The position numbers were made by a program, and so were the translations under genes. A stretch of 64,000 nucleotides of DNA. It comes from the human T2T-CHM13v2.0 reference genome, Homo sapiens. The stretch lies in NCBI RefSeq assembly GCF_009914755.1, contig NC_060933.1; one strand, 5' to 3'. This document shows, one piece after another, positions 44,354 through 59,429 of the stretch (positions are counted from its first letter, which is position 1; every line of letters begins with the position of its first letter). The notes under the pieces are model-generated. The model was not told the origin of the DNA. It saw only the letters and a list, made by a program, of their open reading frames with translations, and searched no databases.

Positions 44354-45945
44354 GAGCTATACCTACATTTTATACATGTCTTCAATGACACATTTATGAT
44401 TAAACTAAAGATGTTGGAATGAAAATGACAAGTGATCATTTCTCAACATACAAGAAAGTCTATCTCAGTGTATCCATGGGCCAGGAAGAGAATACACTTT
44501 AATAAATGTGTTTTTTTGGGGACTAGCCCAGGCTGAGAAAGGAAAAGTCTCTGGTAGTTCCATCAGGTCTTAGTTTCCTGGGTATACATAACTCTGTATT
44601 ATTTGGCTGAGAAATTAAAGGATTTTCCTTCAGTGTATTCTTAAATCATATTATACTGACATTTTATTATTCTCATGTTTTCTTTCATTATGAAAAAATT
44701 GTTGGGGAGGTGAGCATTTGCAAACCTCTTTTTATATTGCGTTTATTATGTGGAACTGGGAATCTCTGAAACTCCTTTTACTTTGTACTAAGTGGCTATG
44801 GAAAACATCTTTCGAGAATGAAGGACAAATTCTCAGAGGAAAAATACTGAATAAAAGGTTTCAACTCTTGCTGGCATTACAGTATTTCCTCACAAGGGGA
44901 GTGCATTTCAAATAGTCTCTTTTTTTGTGTAATACAGAGGAAAGCATAATTTTTTCTAAAGTTGGCATCACTACAAAAAGTCAGTCAATGCTCAACTTCT
45001 GGTATTTGATTGGTTGTGAGGGGTTTTGCTTTGTTTTGTTTCTGTATGTGGAGAGGAAAGGGACCAAGCCAGCCTTTCTGGATTTTGGAGCTGATATACT
45101 CTAGCACCACCTACTGGGAAAGGGTTTATAGTGCCCCAAATTATAAGAAACCCAAACTCAAAATCCTCTGATGCCTTCTCTCAAAACTTTCATTTATTTT
45201 TCTTCTTTTCCTATTCTTTTATTTTCTGTTGATTTTCTATTCATTTTTGTTTGTTTCCCTTTCTCTGGTATAAATACTCCAGCTTTCTCAATGTAATTCT
45301 CATACACAACTCTAAAACAACTCCCTAGAACAACTGCTTTTATGGCACGTGGAAAGGTTGGAGATGAGAAAAAATCAAGTCTATTTCAGGTCATATGTCT
45401 TCACCGCAAATGATGATTTATGGATATTAAATTCATAATCCATTATCTTACCTGTTAAATATTAATACTTAATATTAATATTTAATATTCTCAAGGCCAG
45501 AATCCATTGAATCATAATTCTTCCACTAACTAGCTATGAGGCTGTATAACCTCCCTAAGTCCTTATTTGCTCACTTGATAAAAAAGCAATGCTAATAATA
45601 CATGTTGGATAGGAATGCTTTGAGAATTAAATGATATGTGATGTATGCAAACTTCAGCAGAGCACCTTTCGTGCAATGCACAATAAAAGTTTTCCATTAT
45701 AATTACTCTTCTGAGGACAAAGTTCATGTTTTCATTCATCTCTGTAGCTTCAGAGTGCATAATAGAGGGTTTACATATTTCCTTCTATGTCTTAATATAT
45801 ACTAGAAAATTAATTGTGTAGAGTACAGTAGAAGAAAAAAACATTATTGCCATGACTATGAGCTAGCTACTCTGCTAAGCACTTTGTAGGTGTCATTTCA
45901 TTCACTAGATAGAGGATACAGAATCTTGATTTTTTCCATTCTCAG

Positions 45946-46317
45946 TGTATTAGTCTGTTTTCACAGTGCTATAAAGATACTACCTGAGACTGGGTAATTT
46001 TTAAAGAAAAGAGGTTTAATTGACCCACAGTTCCACATGGTTAGAGAGGCCTCAGGAAACTTACAATCATGGTATAAGGCAAAGGAGAAGCAAGTACCTT
46101 CTTCACAAGGTGGCAGGAGAGAGAGAGAGAGATCAGGGGAAAGTGCCTCTTTTAAACCATCTCACCAGATCTTGTGAGAACTCCCTTACTATCACAAGAA
46201 GAGCAGGGGGAAACTGCTCCCATGATATAATCACCTCCCACCAGGTCCCTCCCTCAACATGTGGGGATTATAATTCAAGATGAGATTTGGGTGGAGACGC
46301 AGGGCAAAAACATGTCA
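45946..46317 (-). mobile_element. THE1 (THE1D-like) solo LTR
   Basis: tgtattagtc...cctgagactgggtaattt...gaggcctcaggaaacttacaatcatgg...aattcaagatgagatttgggtgg. Confidence 0.9.
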
Positions 46318-47261
46318 CTCCATTTCATAACTAACTTTCTAGGTAAAATCTGAGCACTCCTCCCAAGGGCTTAGTTTTCTTCAGAAAGGAGTGGGCTATA
46401 CCGTCTCTAAAATTTCTTTCAGCTCTATTATCTTTACTGTAATTTTGCCAGCCTTAAAATTAGATTTGGGTATAATTCAGCAATTATACTGGCTGGGATT
46501 CTGCTTCTTTCCATTTTAAAATGAAAGAAGCAAGAATTATGGGTAACTAGAACAAGAGGTATCAGAGGTCATCTAGCCAACCTCCATTCACAGATAAGCA
46601 AACAAAAAAACAAAAAACACACACAAAAAGGTGAAGTATTTTCTGCCCAATGTCCTAACACTAGATGTAGCAATATTAAGAGTTTAGTCCAGAAAATTTG
46701 GAAGAGGTGGCACACCTGGATTTTGTATGCTTTAGTTTCTCCAGGATAGAAACAAAGGAGAATGTAGTGTGGCAGTAAAAATATGAGTAAGTATATACAT
46801 ATCACAAATGACAACCTAAGGAAATCCACAATATTAGATTTGGTGTAGACTTCAGCAAATCCAAAAAGGCTAAGACCATCTAGCTTATAACATGTATCTT
46901 CAGAAATATTCTGAGGTATAGCATAATGGAGTGATTTTTGAAACAAGAATCCTCTTTCCTTTTTATTTAAGTCTAAATTTAAATTACATTGTAGAAAACT
47001 TGAAAGGAATATGAAAAAGTCACCCACAATTATATGACACTAAATGAATGCTTTGATAGTTAAAAATATTTCTTACTATGCATATATTTTTTCTATGCAT
47101 ATATATAGTAATTATAGTATGCATGAATTAGTTTTATTATTTGATTACAGTTTGGCATATTGTTACATGATCTCTGTAGGCATCAAATGCTTGCAACATT
47201 ATCCAGCAAATGATCATATAATTTATCTTAACATCCACCTATATCATTGAGCATTAAATTT

Positions 47262-47367
47262 TTCCTCTTCTCCCCTTCCCACCCTCTCTCTTTCTCCCTT
47301 CTTTCCTTCTTTGCTTTCCCTCCCTCATTTCCTCCCTTCCTTCCTTCCTTCCTTCTTTCGTCTTTCA
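47262..47367. repeat. Polypyrimidine/(CCTT)n tract
   Basis: About 100 nt almost entirely C/T. Confidence 0.8.
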
Positions 47368-50102
47368 GCATTTTAAATAATGCATTGTATTTATGGCTTT
47401 CTCTGTGTTTTAGGGTTTTCTATCAAATAAACTATCAGAATGGTTGTCAAATTGCTTTGTCAAATTACTAACTGCTTTCTTCCAAAGTGTATAGTATTTA
47501 ACAATGCCATTGGTAATATAACATTTTACATGTTTTTCTCTACTCTCAAATACAAGAGGAATGAACATGTCTATTTAATTTCTTTTCATTACTGACATAT
47601 TTAGACTTATTTAAATCATTTTATTTTGTATTTGTCCCGCTTTGTTGATGTTTGTTCATTCTTCCCCTTCCCCTTTCTTTTAAATTAATGACTATTGTAA
47701 TACTATATATTTTCTTTATTGGTTTGGAAATAATATACTGAATTTTTTGTTCCCTGAACTTAAATTAACGTATGTAACTTAAAATGTATACATGAATTAA
47801 ACAAAAACCCAAGCATACTAACTCCGATCAGATGCCTCCTGACTGTAAGTCAATATTATCCAGTATTTTAATTCCATTATGATTCTTCAACTTTATTTAT
47901 TAATTCATATTCAATGCTTACTTAAATTTACCCATAGATTTACTAATTGCTTTGGCTGACGTTACCTCTTGAATCTCAGTGTCTCCTTTGGGGTTGGATT
48001 TTTTTTTTTTTTCCTGTGGTTTATCCTTGAGAAGGTATGTTAGTGAGATTTTTCTGGGTACTCATTCAGTTTTCATTTTCCTGAGGTACCTTTAGCGTGT
48101 CTTTATTTATGACAATTGTACCATGTTCTTTTGGGTAATCTTTTTTTTTCAGAGAGATATTATCTTTGAAGTACTGTAGTTTGATTCTGATCTCGTTTTT
48201 ATATAAGATACAATCTGCGAAATGCAATGTATGATATGTAATTTAGTGGTATACATAGATGAATTTATATATTTATGATCTATATGAAGCACTATAATTT
48301 ATCTTTCAATACATATATTTTAATATTGTTTTAGATTTGGCTCACGTTTGGATCTAAAGATTTATATTTTTCATAAATTTTGGCAATTTTTGAGCCATTA
48401 TATCTTCTTATAAGGTCCTTCATCTACTCTTTTTTCTTGGATATTTCTTGGACACTCCAATTTTATCATTCTGTTATTTTATTCTATTCTATTCTGTATT
48501 TTTATTAACTTCTCTTTTGTAGATCGTATCCCTCTATGTCTCTGTAATCTGAATAGCTTCTTCGGCTCTACCTCCAAGTACTCTCACTCTACTTATTGTG
48601 TAACCTGCTATTTAATCCACTCAATTAATTTGTATGACTAGAGACAATACTTTTCTATTTCTAGAAGTTCTACTTGGCTTTTCTTTACATATTCCTACAC
48701 TCAACCTAAAGAGATGGGCAGCACTCTCGTTAGCTAGTGACACCCCCTAAAAAGAGGGAATACTGTGCCAGGAAAACTAGCTCCTGTCAGACCCTGCAAG
48801 AGAACATGGCTTTTCTCTCTCCCACTATCTTCATTAGCATATAAGATGATCATATTTTTTCTCCATTTTCTGAAGTTTATGAAATGTATTTATTTTTACA
48901 AAAATATAAGTTTAAAGTAATGCATGAGTTTTTAATAAAATTATAATTAGAGATATAAGAAATATGTTTATTCATTAAGAAAGAAATTAAAAGGGCATGA
49001 ATATATCTATTTCTAAACTCTGAAAACATATTAAAAGCCAACATTTGACAATTCTTAGAATGTTTTCAATACAGTTCTAAGTTTATGCTTAAAAAATAAA
49101 ATAGCTAAAATGTATGCACTGGTATGCAGTCTCAACCAGGTACTTTCCTAAGATCTTTCTATATATTATTATAAAACAACCCTGTAATGTAGGTTTCTTT
49201 TACCCTCATTTTAGAATGAGAATATTGTGACACAAAAGGATAAAACTCATTTGAAGTTACATAATTAGGAAGTGATGGAACTGGTTTTCAGATGCATAAT
49301 TTGGATTCAGTTTACATGGGTTTTAATTCCTGTGGCATTATAATTTTTAGGTATTTGACAATTAGGAAAATTAAAATCAAATTTCAATCAACCATAGACA
49401 TTCCTTTAGCAGTCCTTTAAGATCATGTCCATTCAGTCTGGATAATTCTGCTTTGATGTGGTGGTTCATTGTTTTTGTTTTATATTTGTTTTCTTTTGTT
49501 ATTGATAGTCTCTGTTTGCCCATTGACTATTTTTCATGTAATAGGCAAAAGGAATAAAAATAAAAGTAAAAAAATTTATTTTTTTTCTTTGTCTCAACTT
49601 GTGCCAAATTTGCTAGGCACAGAAAGAATCTTTGTGATGATGTTTTGGAGCATAGGCGGGATGGGATGTATATGGGGTCATAAGGAGCAGATCTGTAAGA
49701 TTGGGAAGCCAACATTCTTATCAGTCTGCCATAGTGAAATCTTTCATTCCTGGCTAAGTAATTTTGGTTACACTTTCAAAAGGTCAGACATATTAGTGGG
49801 CCTCCATTGTTGATTGGATCTTGGTAATTTTAAAACATTTTGCATTTCATTTTTCGGTCAATATTATACTGTAAATATGAAACAGATTCTAAAACACAAA
49901 TGCTTTCTTTGTGAAATATTCTGTTGAATAATTTATACAACTTGTAAAATTAATGTAGATAATATAGAATTTTTTAGAAATGCATTAATTTGGATTTCTG
50001 ACTTTATATTTTCTCCTTGAGGTACCACTTTCTTTGATGGAAAATTTTCATATTTTCCAATTGAAAATAAAAAGATTAGACATCTTTCCCCCTTTTGTGC
50101 AT

Positions 50103-51071
50103 TGAAGGGGTGGGTTGCCCCTCCACACCTGTGGGTGTTTCTCGTTAGGTGGAACGAGAGACTTGGAAAAGAAAAAGACACAGAGACAAAGTATTGAGAA
50201 AGAAATAAGGGGACCCGGGGAACCAGCGTTCAGCATATGGAGGATCCCTCCAGCTTCTGAGTTCCCTTAGTATTTATTGATCATTTGTGGGTGTTTCTCC
50301 GAGAGGGGGATGTGTCAGGGTCACAAGACAATAGTAGGGAGAGGGTCAGCAGACAAACACGTGAACAAAGGTCTTTGCATCATAGACAAGGTAAAGAATC
50401 AAGTGCTGTGCTTTTAGATATGCATACACATAAACATCTCAATGCTTTACAAAGCAGTATTGCTGCCCGCATGTCCCACCTCCAGACTTAAGGCGGTTTT
50501 TCCCTATCTCAGTAGATGGAACGTACAATCGGGTTTTATACCGAGACATTCCATTGCCCAGGGACGGGCAGGAGACAGATGCCTTCCTCTTGTCTCAACT
50601 GCAAGAGGCATTCCTTCCTCTTATACTAATCCTCCTCAGCACAGACCCTTTACGGGTGTCGGGCTGGGGGACGGTCAGGTCTTTCCCTTCCCACGAGGCC
50701 ATATTTCAGACTATCACATGGGGAGAAACCTTGGACAATACCTGGCTTTCCTAGGCAGAGGTCCCTGCGGCCTTCCGCAGTGTTTGTGTCCCTGGGTACT
50801 TGAGATTAGGGAGTGGTGATGACTCTTAAGGAGCATGCTGCCTTCAAGCATCTGTTTAACAGAGCACATCTTGCACAACCCTTAATCCATTTAACCCTGA
50901 GTTTGACACAGCACGTGTTTCAGAGAGCACGGGGTTGAGGGTAAGGTCATAGATTAACAGAATCTCAAGGTAGAAGAATTTTTCTTAGTACAGAACAAAA
51001 TGGAGTCTCCTATGTCTACTTCTTTCTACACAGACACAGTAAATATCTGATCTCTCTTTCTTTTCCCCACG
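50103..51071 (-). mobile_element. HERV-K(HML-2) solo LTR, LTR5_Hs-type
   Basis: Minus strand reads gtggggaaaagaaagagagatcag...gtggaggggcaacccacccct; length about 968 bp; TSD (g)tgcat on both flanks. Confidence 0.95.
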
Positions 51072-52335
51072 TGCATTTAGCACAGAAGATTATAAAATAG
51101 CATTTATTTCTATTTTGAAGAGTTCAGAACACTTAAGTTAAAAAAAAAAGGGTCTCTAAAACAATTCCTGGGCATTCGTTATGAAGTTAGGTCTTTCCAT
51201 TCATAATTGTTTCGCATTTCTAACATTTTGTGGTAAAATGATTAGATCCTCTTTTCTTCCTTATACCCCATTCCTCACATACTCATCATTTCCCAATAGA
51301 AGTCAGTTTTCAGTATTATAGATCAGGTTATTTTTAATAATATAATATAAGAGTTATACCATGAAGAGGTTATTAATTGGATTGAAAAGGCTTGACTGTT
51401 TTTTTCTGAAACTGTATCTTGGTGCCAGATAATTTTGGAGGTTCTTATCTCTTTTTCTTTTTCATACATAACACCTGAAATTTATTCCCAAACTAGGAGC
51501 AGAAGCAGACATGGAGAGATCAAACAAAGTGCTTGGTATGATCCAAAAACCTAACATTAAGGCCTAGCATAGTATTTATGATTTGCTGGATAGATTAGGG
51601 AAGCCAATTCCAAATCTCCACCAATGTGCAGAATTTACTTGGGATAAATTGTATCTCTTGGACCTGATGAGGACTGACTAGACATGCTTCAGAATCTCAT
51701 GTATGTGTTAAACCAGATGATATTAAGGATTTTGTTTATGAAATAAACCATCTCATCACATTTCAAATTAAGAGGAGTTTTACTTGGTTTACATTTAGTA
51801 TTGAGAAAGAAAGAGAGACAGAGACTTCTTTATTGGTTCATCTTTTCAGTCTTCTTTTAGCTACTTACTATTTCTTTTGTAGCCTTCTGGTTCATCCAGA
51901 GTGACTTGTGTCTCTTGATATATGTGTAATAAATATGCCATAAAGGAGGACAATATTATTAATGTAGCAGATGACCAAGAGTGGATTTAAACTCATTTCA
52001 ATAACTTACAGAGGACAAGCCAAAAGAAACAACCCCCCAAAATAAATCTAATGTCATAAAACAATATTACTATAACTATAAAATGACTCATATATATATT
52101 TTCAAAAGCCTTTTCTTAAGGTGGTCGTTTGAAATGATTACAGTGAACACCCTAAAAACAGAATAAGGACAAGTGTGGCATGATCCTTCTAGGTCAATGG
52201 AAATTTAAGCCCTTCACCTGTGTGGCAAAATTACCACTCTGTTTTGTTCAGCTCAGAAATGTAAGCATTCAAACTAAGAGAAAAAGTGGAGAGAGCAGGG
52301 TAAACTAGCTTGAGTAAGTTCAACATATTACCTTG

Positions 52336-52980
52336 TGTGGTAGTCATGATTGTAATATGATCCCTGGGATACCCGGCCCTGGATGTATATGCCCTGTATG
52401 ATTTCTTCTCCTTGGGTATGGGTAGGATAGTAAATATGATAGGGTGTGACTTGCATGACTATGATACATTTTATGGCAAAGGACATTTCCAGATAAAATT
52501 AACATCTCTAATCAGTTGATTTTGAGTTAATTAAAAGGGAGATTATCCTAGGTAGGCTTGGCCTACTCAGGTGAGTAATTTAAAGAGAGGGATTGGGGCC
52601 CACCCTGGGGTCAGAGAGATTCTCATACTGATCTCTAGGAAGTGAGCTGCTGTGTCCTGTGAGTGCCATGTGGCAAGGAGCCGTGAGCACCCTCTAGTAG
52701 TTGAACTCAGTCCCTAGGTGATAGCCAGCAAGAAAATGGAGAATGACGTCCTCCAACCACAAGGAACTAATTTCTGTCAACAGCCACATAAACTTGGAAG
52801 GGCATCCCAAGCTCTAGAAAGGTATGCAGGCTGGCAAACACCTTAAGCTTTATTAGATCCTGAGAAGAAACCCAAGCTAAGTTGTACCTAGACTCACAGA
52901 AACTGAGATGTTAAATATGTGTTGCTTTAAGCCATTAAATTTGTGGTAATTTATTATGGAGCAATAAAAAATTAATGTAC
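52336..52980 (+). mobile_element. MLT1 (MLT1E-like) LTR
   Basis: ctaatcagttgattttgagttaattaaaagggagattatcc...gttgctttaagccattaaatttgtggtaattt. Confidence 0.8.
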
Positions 52981-53269
52981 CTTGTATTTCATTCAATTAG
53001 AAAAAGCGAAAGCTATGTTGAGCTAGCCTAGGCTCAGTATTTTATTACTGAGATAGCATATGTCTGAGAGTATTTATATACATGTATATACACATACAAA
53101 CACATACACACATATATATATAAAGCATTGAATAATTTTTTTATGTAAGTTCAATTAAGTTTGCATGTAAGTTGGATAAGAGTTGAAACATTGGCTTTTT
53201 CTTAAAAATAAACAAACAAACAAACAAACAAACAAACACCTGCACTTTAGGAGCTTAAAGCCGTGACTG

Positions 53270-53810
53270 GAAGTTAAAAACAAGTTTATTATATGACTCA
53301 GCAATCTAAGTATTTATCAAGAGAATAAAAACATGTTCATACAAAGATGTATTCACAAATATTCATAACACCTTGTTCGTAATACCTTAAAATTGGAAAC
53401 AGTTAAAATATCTTAAAAACAGATGAATAGAGAACTTCATAGGATGGGAGTACTCAGCAATAGAGAGAAATGAGCTTCTGAAATGCGAAACTATGGATTA
53501 ATTTCAGAAATATTATACTTGGCAAGAGAAAAATTTAAAAAGGCCATATATAAAATAACACCACCCGAATAATTTTATTTCTGTGAAATTCTAGAATATA
53601 GAATAGACTAACATACAACAATGTAAATCAATGATTGCTTGGAGCAGAGGGTGGGGGTGAAAAGTATTTTAGAGGGATGAAATGTGTTGTATCTTGATTA
53701 TGCTGGTAGTTACACAAGTGTATACACCTATCAAAATTCATTGAACTACACACTAAAAATGAGTTTATTTTAGTGAATGTAACATATACCTCAAAAAAGC
53801 TGATTAACAA
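53270..53810 (+). mobile_element. Old L1M 3'-end fragment
   Basis: aaattggaaaca...gggagtactcagcaatag...gtatcttgattatgctggtagttacaca...tcaaaattcattgaact. Confidence 0.75.
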
Positions 53811-56800
53811 AAACAGTAGCTGGTATATAGTGAAACATAAAATAAATACTTGTAAATGAGCAAAACTTGACAAAGTCAATTTTATTATTTAAATAATTTG
53901 ATAAAGTATTTTAACAAATGTATTTTTCATAGTAGCCCATGTGGATCTATATATAAATAGAAAGCCACAGAATATACATTATTAATTTGAAAATGTAAAA
54001 TGAATGTCCTAAATTATTTATCTCACCTATCTTCGACAGTGGGTTATCTGCAAGAGTTAATTTGGCATGTTTTCCATTTTTAATGTAACCTAGTGTTATT
54101 TTTTTCCACATCTTGATGATCCTAATGAACTTTGGTCATCATAGGCTTGCTGAAAAGATTTATCACAAAATGATTAACAACACAGTTTAGAGAGTCATGA
54201 AGACATGAGGAATCATAATGGTTACATTTTGATACTGGAGTTAATGTATTCTGAGTTACAGGGAAAATAATGACTTAAGTAAACTGGCTTGAAAAATTTT
54301 TGGTCCAATTATTCCTTAGGAAATAAGACTTTCGTGTCTTTAGATGTATAAGGATAAAGTGATTCTTTAAGTAGTCATGAATTTAAGTTGCCAGATTCTT
54401 AAAAGTAAGATCACAACATTAAGAAAGTTAAAATATTTATATAGAATTGTAAATTCTATATAAATATATTAGGATATCTTACAGGAAATTTGGCAATGCA
54501 TATCAAAAGGCAGAGGAATATAATTCAGACCTCAAACTATTATTATTCTCTTTGTTTTGCTTTCAGATATTACATTAGATTGTCTTCTTCTTTATGCAAA
54601 TCTGCAATAAAGTAGGATCAGTTAAAAGCTGTAATTCTACATTGAAAGCAGTAATTTTATTAACTAGCAAATGATTAAAAAATAAATCCAAGATTGTATT
54701 TCTATCAGTTCATAGCTCTTCAAAGATCTTTCAAGATCCTCTGGCACATCCTTAAAGAATGCTGCATGGGAAAAAGTGCCTGTGTATAATTATCCACTTT
54801 ATTGTGCCCAAACCTCTCAGCATCATTTGTTTTTGTCAGCAGGTGACGGATTCTTCGCTGTGCAGCTGGAATATCACAGTATATAATATGGACCTGATAA
54901 AAAATGAAGATTAGATAATTTTATTGACAGAAACTTTAAACTCTGCACTTGCCACTATTTAACTGTTCTATTCCACCATTAGAGGTTTTTGGACAAAGGT
55001 TAATTGCTCAATAGGCTGGGAAGTTATGAGAAGGATCTGAGAATCAGGGGCCATTGGATTAGATGCCATTTAAAGTTCACTGTGGCTGGAGATTCTATGA
55101 TTCTGGAGATTCTGATTTCAGAATGCATTTTTATTCTTCCCCAACTCAATATGCATATAAAACTGACTAATTATGTTTTATATTTGCATAGCACTTAAAC
55201 ACTGGCTTATACATTGTTAAATAAATCCAAACAGGTAAGTTAAGACTGTTTGTTTAATGCTCCACCGTGGTTTACACACCTCTTGGTGCTATAGAAACAA
55301 CAAGCTTTTTGTACTCATCCCATGTAACTTCAGGGAACTGCTGTGTTTTTTCTGATTCAATTTTGCATTGTTATAATACAATTTTTATTTCCATGACTTT
55401 TTGTAGCAAAATATTTACATTTTGTAAACAGTGGATGTCTTTTCTAAAATTTCATTTTTCTTTCTTGTAAGCTGTAAAAAGTTTGTCTTGTGTGCTTTAA
55501 CTTCCTTGCATTTTCCCTTATTACAGAGTCAATAATTTTTGCAAATACATATAGACATATTGTTTTAATAAATAATTCAATAATTTTATTTTAAGATATG
55601 CCTATTATTGACATTTTCTAAATAAGTGCCATTTTGTCTATGGCTGTCTTCCAGGCCCCAACCATTTAAATTATTCAGGCTCCAGAATTCACTACTCCTA
55701 TACTTAGGTAATTAGAGTTATAAACTTGAGAATAAACTTGACCATTAACTTGGCATTAACTCGACCAACTTCAAAAGTATTGACAGAAAAATAAAGAAAA
55801 GAGAGGGCTAAAAATGCATAAAAATTGAAATAGAATCATGACATTTAACTGTTTATTAAGTATTTATTGTTCATGGTAACAATAGGATATTCTATAAATA
55901 CTTTATATGTAAAGTTGATAATAGCCATCATAATTACAGCATCTGTTTTTAACAGGCTTTCAATATTTAAGATACCAATCCATCAACACTCTCTTGTCTT
56001 TAGTATCTGAAAGATAATAGCTCCTTTAATTAAAGGTCAATGAGGAACATGCAATGCAACCAACACAAAAATCAAACCTATGATTATCTCAATGTTTTAA
56101 TTAACTGCACCATAAGCATAAATTACAGTCTTGATGATGGTGAAGAACACAGAAAAAAGTCTGTATTACAATTATTTTGCCTTTGACCTTGCTATGGATC
56201 ATTCCTTCCAATAAATACATTATTGTATTAACAATGCTTTCCTCCTATAAAAGATAAGAAAAACATTTATTCTTGATTAGTTTTCTTGTTATAAATTGAA
56301 TTTGAATTTGTGAAGGCAAATGTGGGCTGTCTGCATATCAGTTCAATGTTTTCTTGCAATACCTGTCTACTCTGGAGAGATAGGATGAAATCAGAGGAAC
56401 TGGAAATGCATGAGATGGAAAGTTCAGGAACCCTAGTTCACAGTTGAGGAACCCTAGGTCACCACTCACCAGCTGTATGACTGTGGGTGATGTCACATAA
56501 GCTCATTGCTTTTCCCTGAATAGAATAAGAGGATTGGACCACATGAGCTTCTTGCAAAGTGAGCCCCAAAGGGCTTGGTTTCCTAATGAATTTTCAAGCA
56601 TTTGTCCCTTTGAGACCCCCAATTACTTTATCTAAGCATCAACAGAGCATCTCTGTCTTTTATCATTATTTTTGTTTCAATATGTTTTATATTCGGGGTT
56701 TTAGGGATAAGATTTTCTTAGGAGAAAGAAGCCTCTAATTTATAAAAAGGTTTTGAAAACCACTGGTCTGAGTTAGCAGCAGCACTCTTTCTAGTTCACC

Positions 56801-59107
56801 AGTTCTCTGTTTTGGTTTATTCTGATTTGGTGAGCCATTTGCCCCAGCACACTCGACCAGGAAATTAAAAAAAAAAAAAAAATGGATAAAACACCTTCCC
56901 TCTCGTGTCCTTAATCACCGAAGTTTCATTTGGAAAATGTCACCAATATTTTCTGTGCTAACTAAAATTTGCAGCAGTGGATTGTTTCTTGAGGACCATT
57001 CAATCTCCTAGGTTTACTTTCACTTTGTAAGATCTCTTTAATAGCTCTTTCTTATTTGGGCAAGGCCTATTTCATTTCTTCCAGTGTGACAAAGGACCTT
57101 GCTATGTGTTGTTCTAACAGGATATTCTTCCTTTCCTCCACTGGGCTAATAGCCTGGAGAAAAAGAATACAAGTTTAATTTTAATTTCTGGATAATAATG
57201 ATTTTGTCTTTTAATCTATGAAGTAGAGCAAACAGTATTATCCTATCATATGATAAAAAGCACCAATACAACGGACTTATGAAAAGCTAAGTATGTAAAA
57301 ATATCAAATACTTAAATTCTGACACGTGTTTTAAAATATATGTATATTTTTAAACTGCTCCAGAAATGTTGGGGTAAATAGTTTGAAACTTTGAATTGAA
57401 CAGTTTGTTTCTGTTGTCTTTTAATTTTTTCAAGTAACTGAGTGCTTATTTGAGGGAAGGAGAAAACCTTTAAGAGTTACTTTACAAAACCCAATACATG
57501 CTTTTAAAGGGTAATTTCTACCTGTACTCTAAATAAGCGATAAGCAAAATGAGGTAAATAACAAAATGAACATTTTATTAACTAAAATGTCCCTAGGGAA
57601 TAGTCAACATTAACTTAATAAATAATTGTGGAATGAATAGATGGGTAAGCATCTGCTTTAGTCTGTTTTGTGCTGCGATAACAGAATACCTGAGAGTGGG
57701 TACTTTATAATGAAGAGAAATTTATTTTCTCATAGTTCTGAAGGCTGACAAGTTCAAGATTGAGGGGCTGGCATCTGGAGAGAGCCTTCTTGCTTCATCA
57801 TTCCATGGCAGAAGGCAAGGGGGCAAAAGAGAGAGTCCAACTCCTGACAACACTTTCATTAAGGCATTAAACCTACCTATTGGGCTGGAACCCTCATGGC
57901 CTAGTGACTTCTTACAAGCCACACCCCTTAGTACTGTTACAATGGCAATCAAATCTCAACATGAATTTTAGAGGGGAAAAACATTCAAACCACAGCATTC
58001 TGTGCTTGGCACCCCAAAACTCATGTCCTTCTCACATACAAGATAGATTCATTTCATCCCTAAAAGTCTTAACTCGTTCCAGCACCAACTCGTAAGTTCA
58101 AAGTCCAGAGTCTCATCTAAATGAGATATGCGTGAGACTCAAGGCATAATTTATCCTGAAGCAAATCCCCTTCAGCTGTGAGCCTGTAAATTAAATATGT
58201 TATATGCTTCTAAAATACAGCGGTGGGATGGGCATAGGATAGACATTCTCATAGGCAAGAAGGAAGAAGTAACAAACAGATCCCAAGTAAGTCTAAAACC
58301 AAACAGGACAAACAACATGAAACATGTTGTTTGATAGTGTTAAGGCTCCAGAATAACCTTTCTTGACTCTGTGTCTCACCTCCCCGACACACTGTGGTAG
58401 AGACTGAGCCTTTGAGGTCCTGGGGAGCCCCACTCCCGTAGCTTTGCTGACTACAGCCCACGTAACTGCTTTTGCATATTGGAGTAGAATGCCTGTAGCT
58501 TTCCCAGGTTGGCTTTGCACTCCGCTATGGTAGCTCCATTGTTCTGGGATTTGGAGCTGGCTCCACTTGGCACTGCCTCAGTGGAGACTCTTTGGAATGA
58601 CTCCACTACTGCTGCAGTTTTTTGTCTGGGCCTCCAGTCTATTTAGTAGGTACTTTAAAATCTAGTTGGAGGCAGCCATGCTTCTACAGCTCTTGTACTA
58701 TGCACCTGAAAATTAGCACGAGGTGGATGCTGCCAAGATTTACAGCTTATACATTCTGGAGTAGCAGGTGAAGCCACATCTGGGTCTACTTGAGCCATAA
58801 CTGGAGTGGTCAAGGCAGCAAGGCCTGATGCCCCATCAGCCCCCCATGACTGTCCCCTGAAGCCATTCTACCTCAAGACTCTAGAACTCAGCTTGAGATA
58901 GGAAGGACAGCCTCAAAGATCTTTGAAATGACTTCAGAATCTTTCTCCCATTATCTTGATATATAGCACCATGCTTTCTTCTGTTCATACTAATCTCATC
59001 AAAGAGTTGCTTGGACATACCCTTTGTATTCTCTCCCAAACATATTTTTATTCTTTACATGGCCAGGCTGGGGATGCTCCATTTTTTTTTATATCTGATA
59101 CCTTTTC

Positions 59108-59429
<322 letters not shown>

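Noticed and set aside
45455-45485. 13-bp-arm palindrome
   Set aside because: A/T-only low-complexity sequence, plausible by slippage or chance.
46569-47027. 152-aa minus-strand ORF
   Set aside because: F/L/I/C-rich composition typical of chance ORFs in AT-rich DNA; no recognisable domain.
50442-50819. 125-aa ORF
   Set aside because: Antisense reading frame within the LTR5 solo LTR; no gag, pol or env sequence is present.
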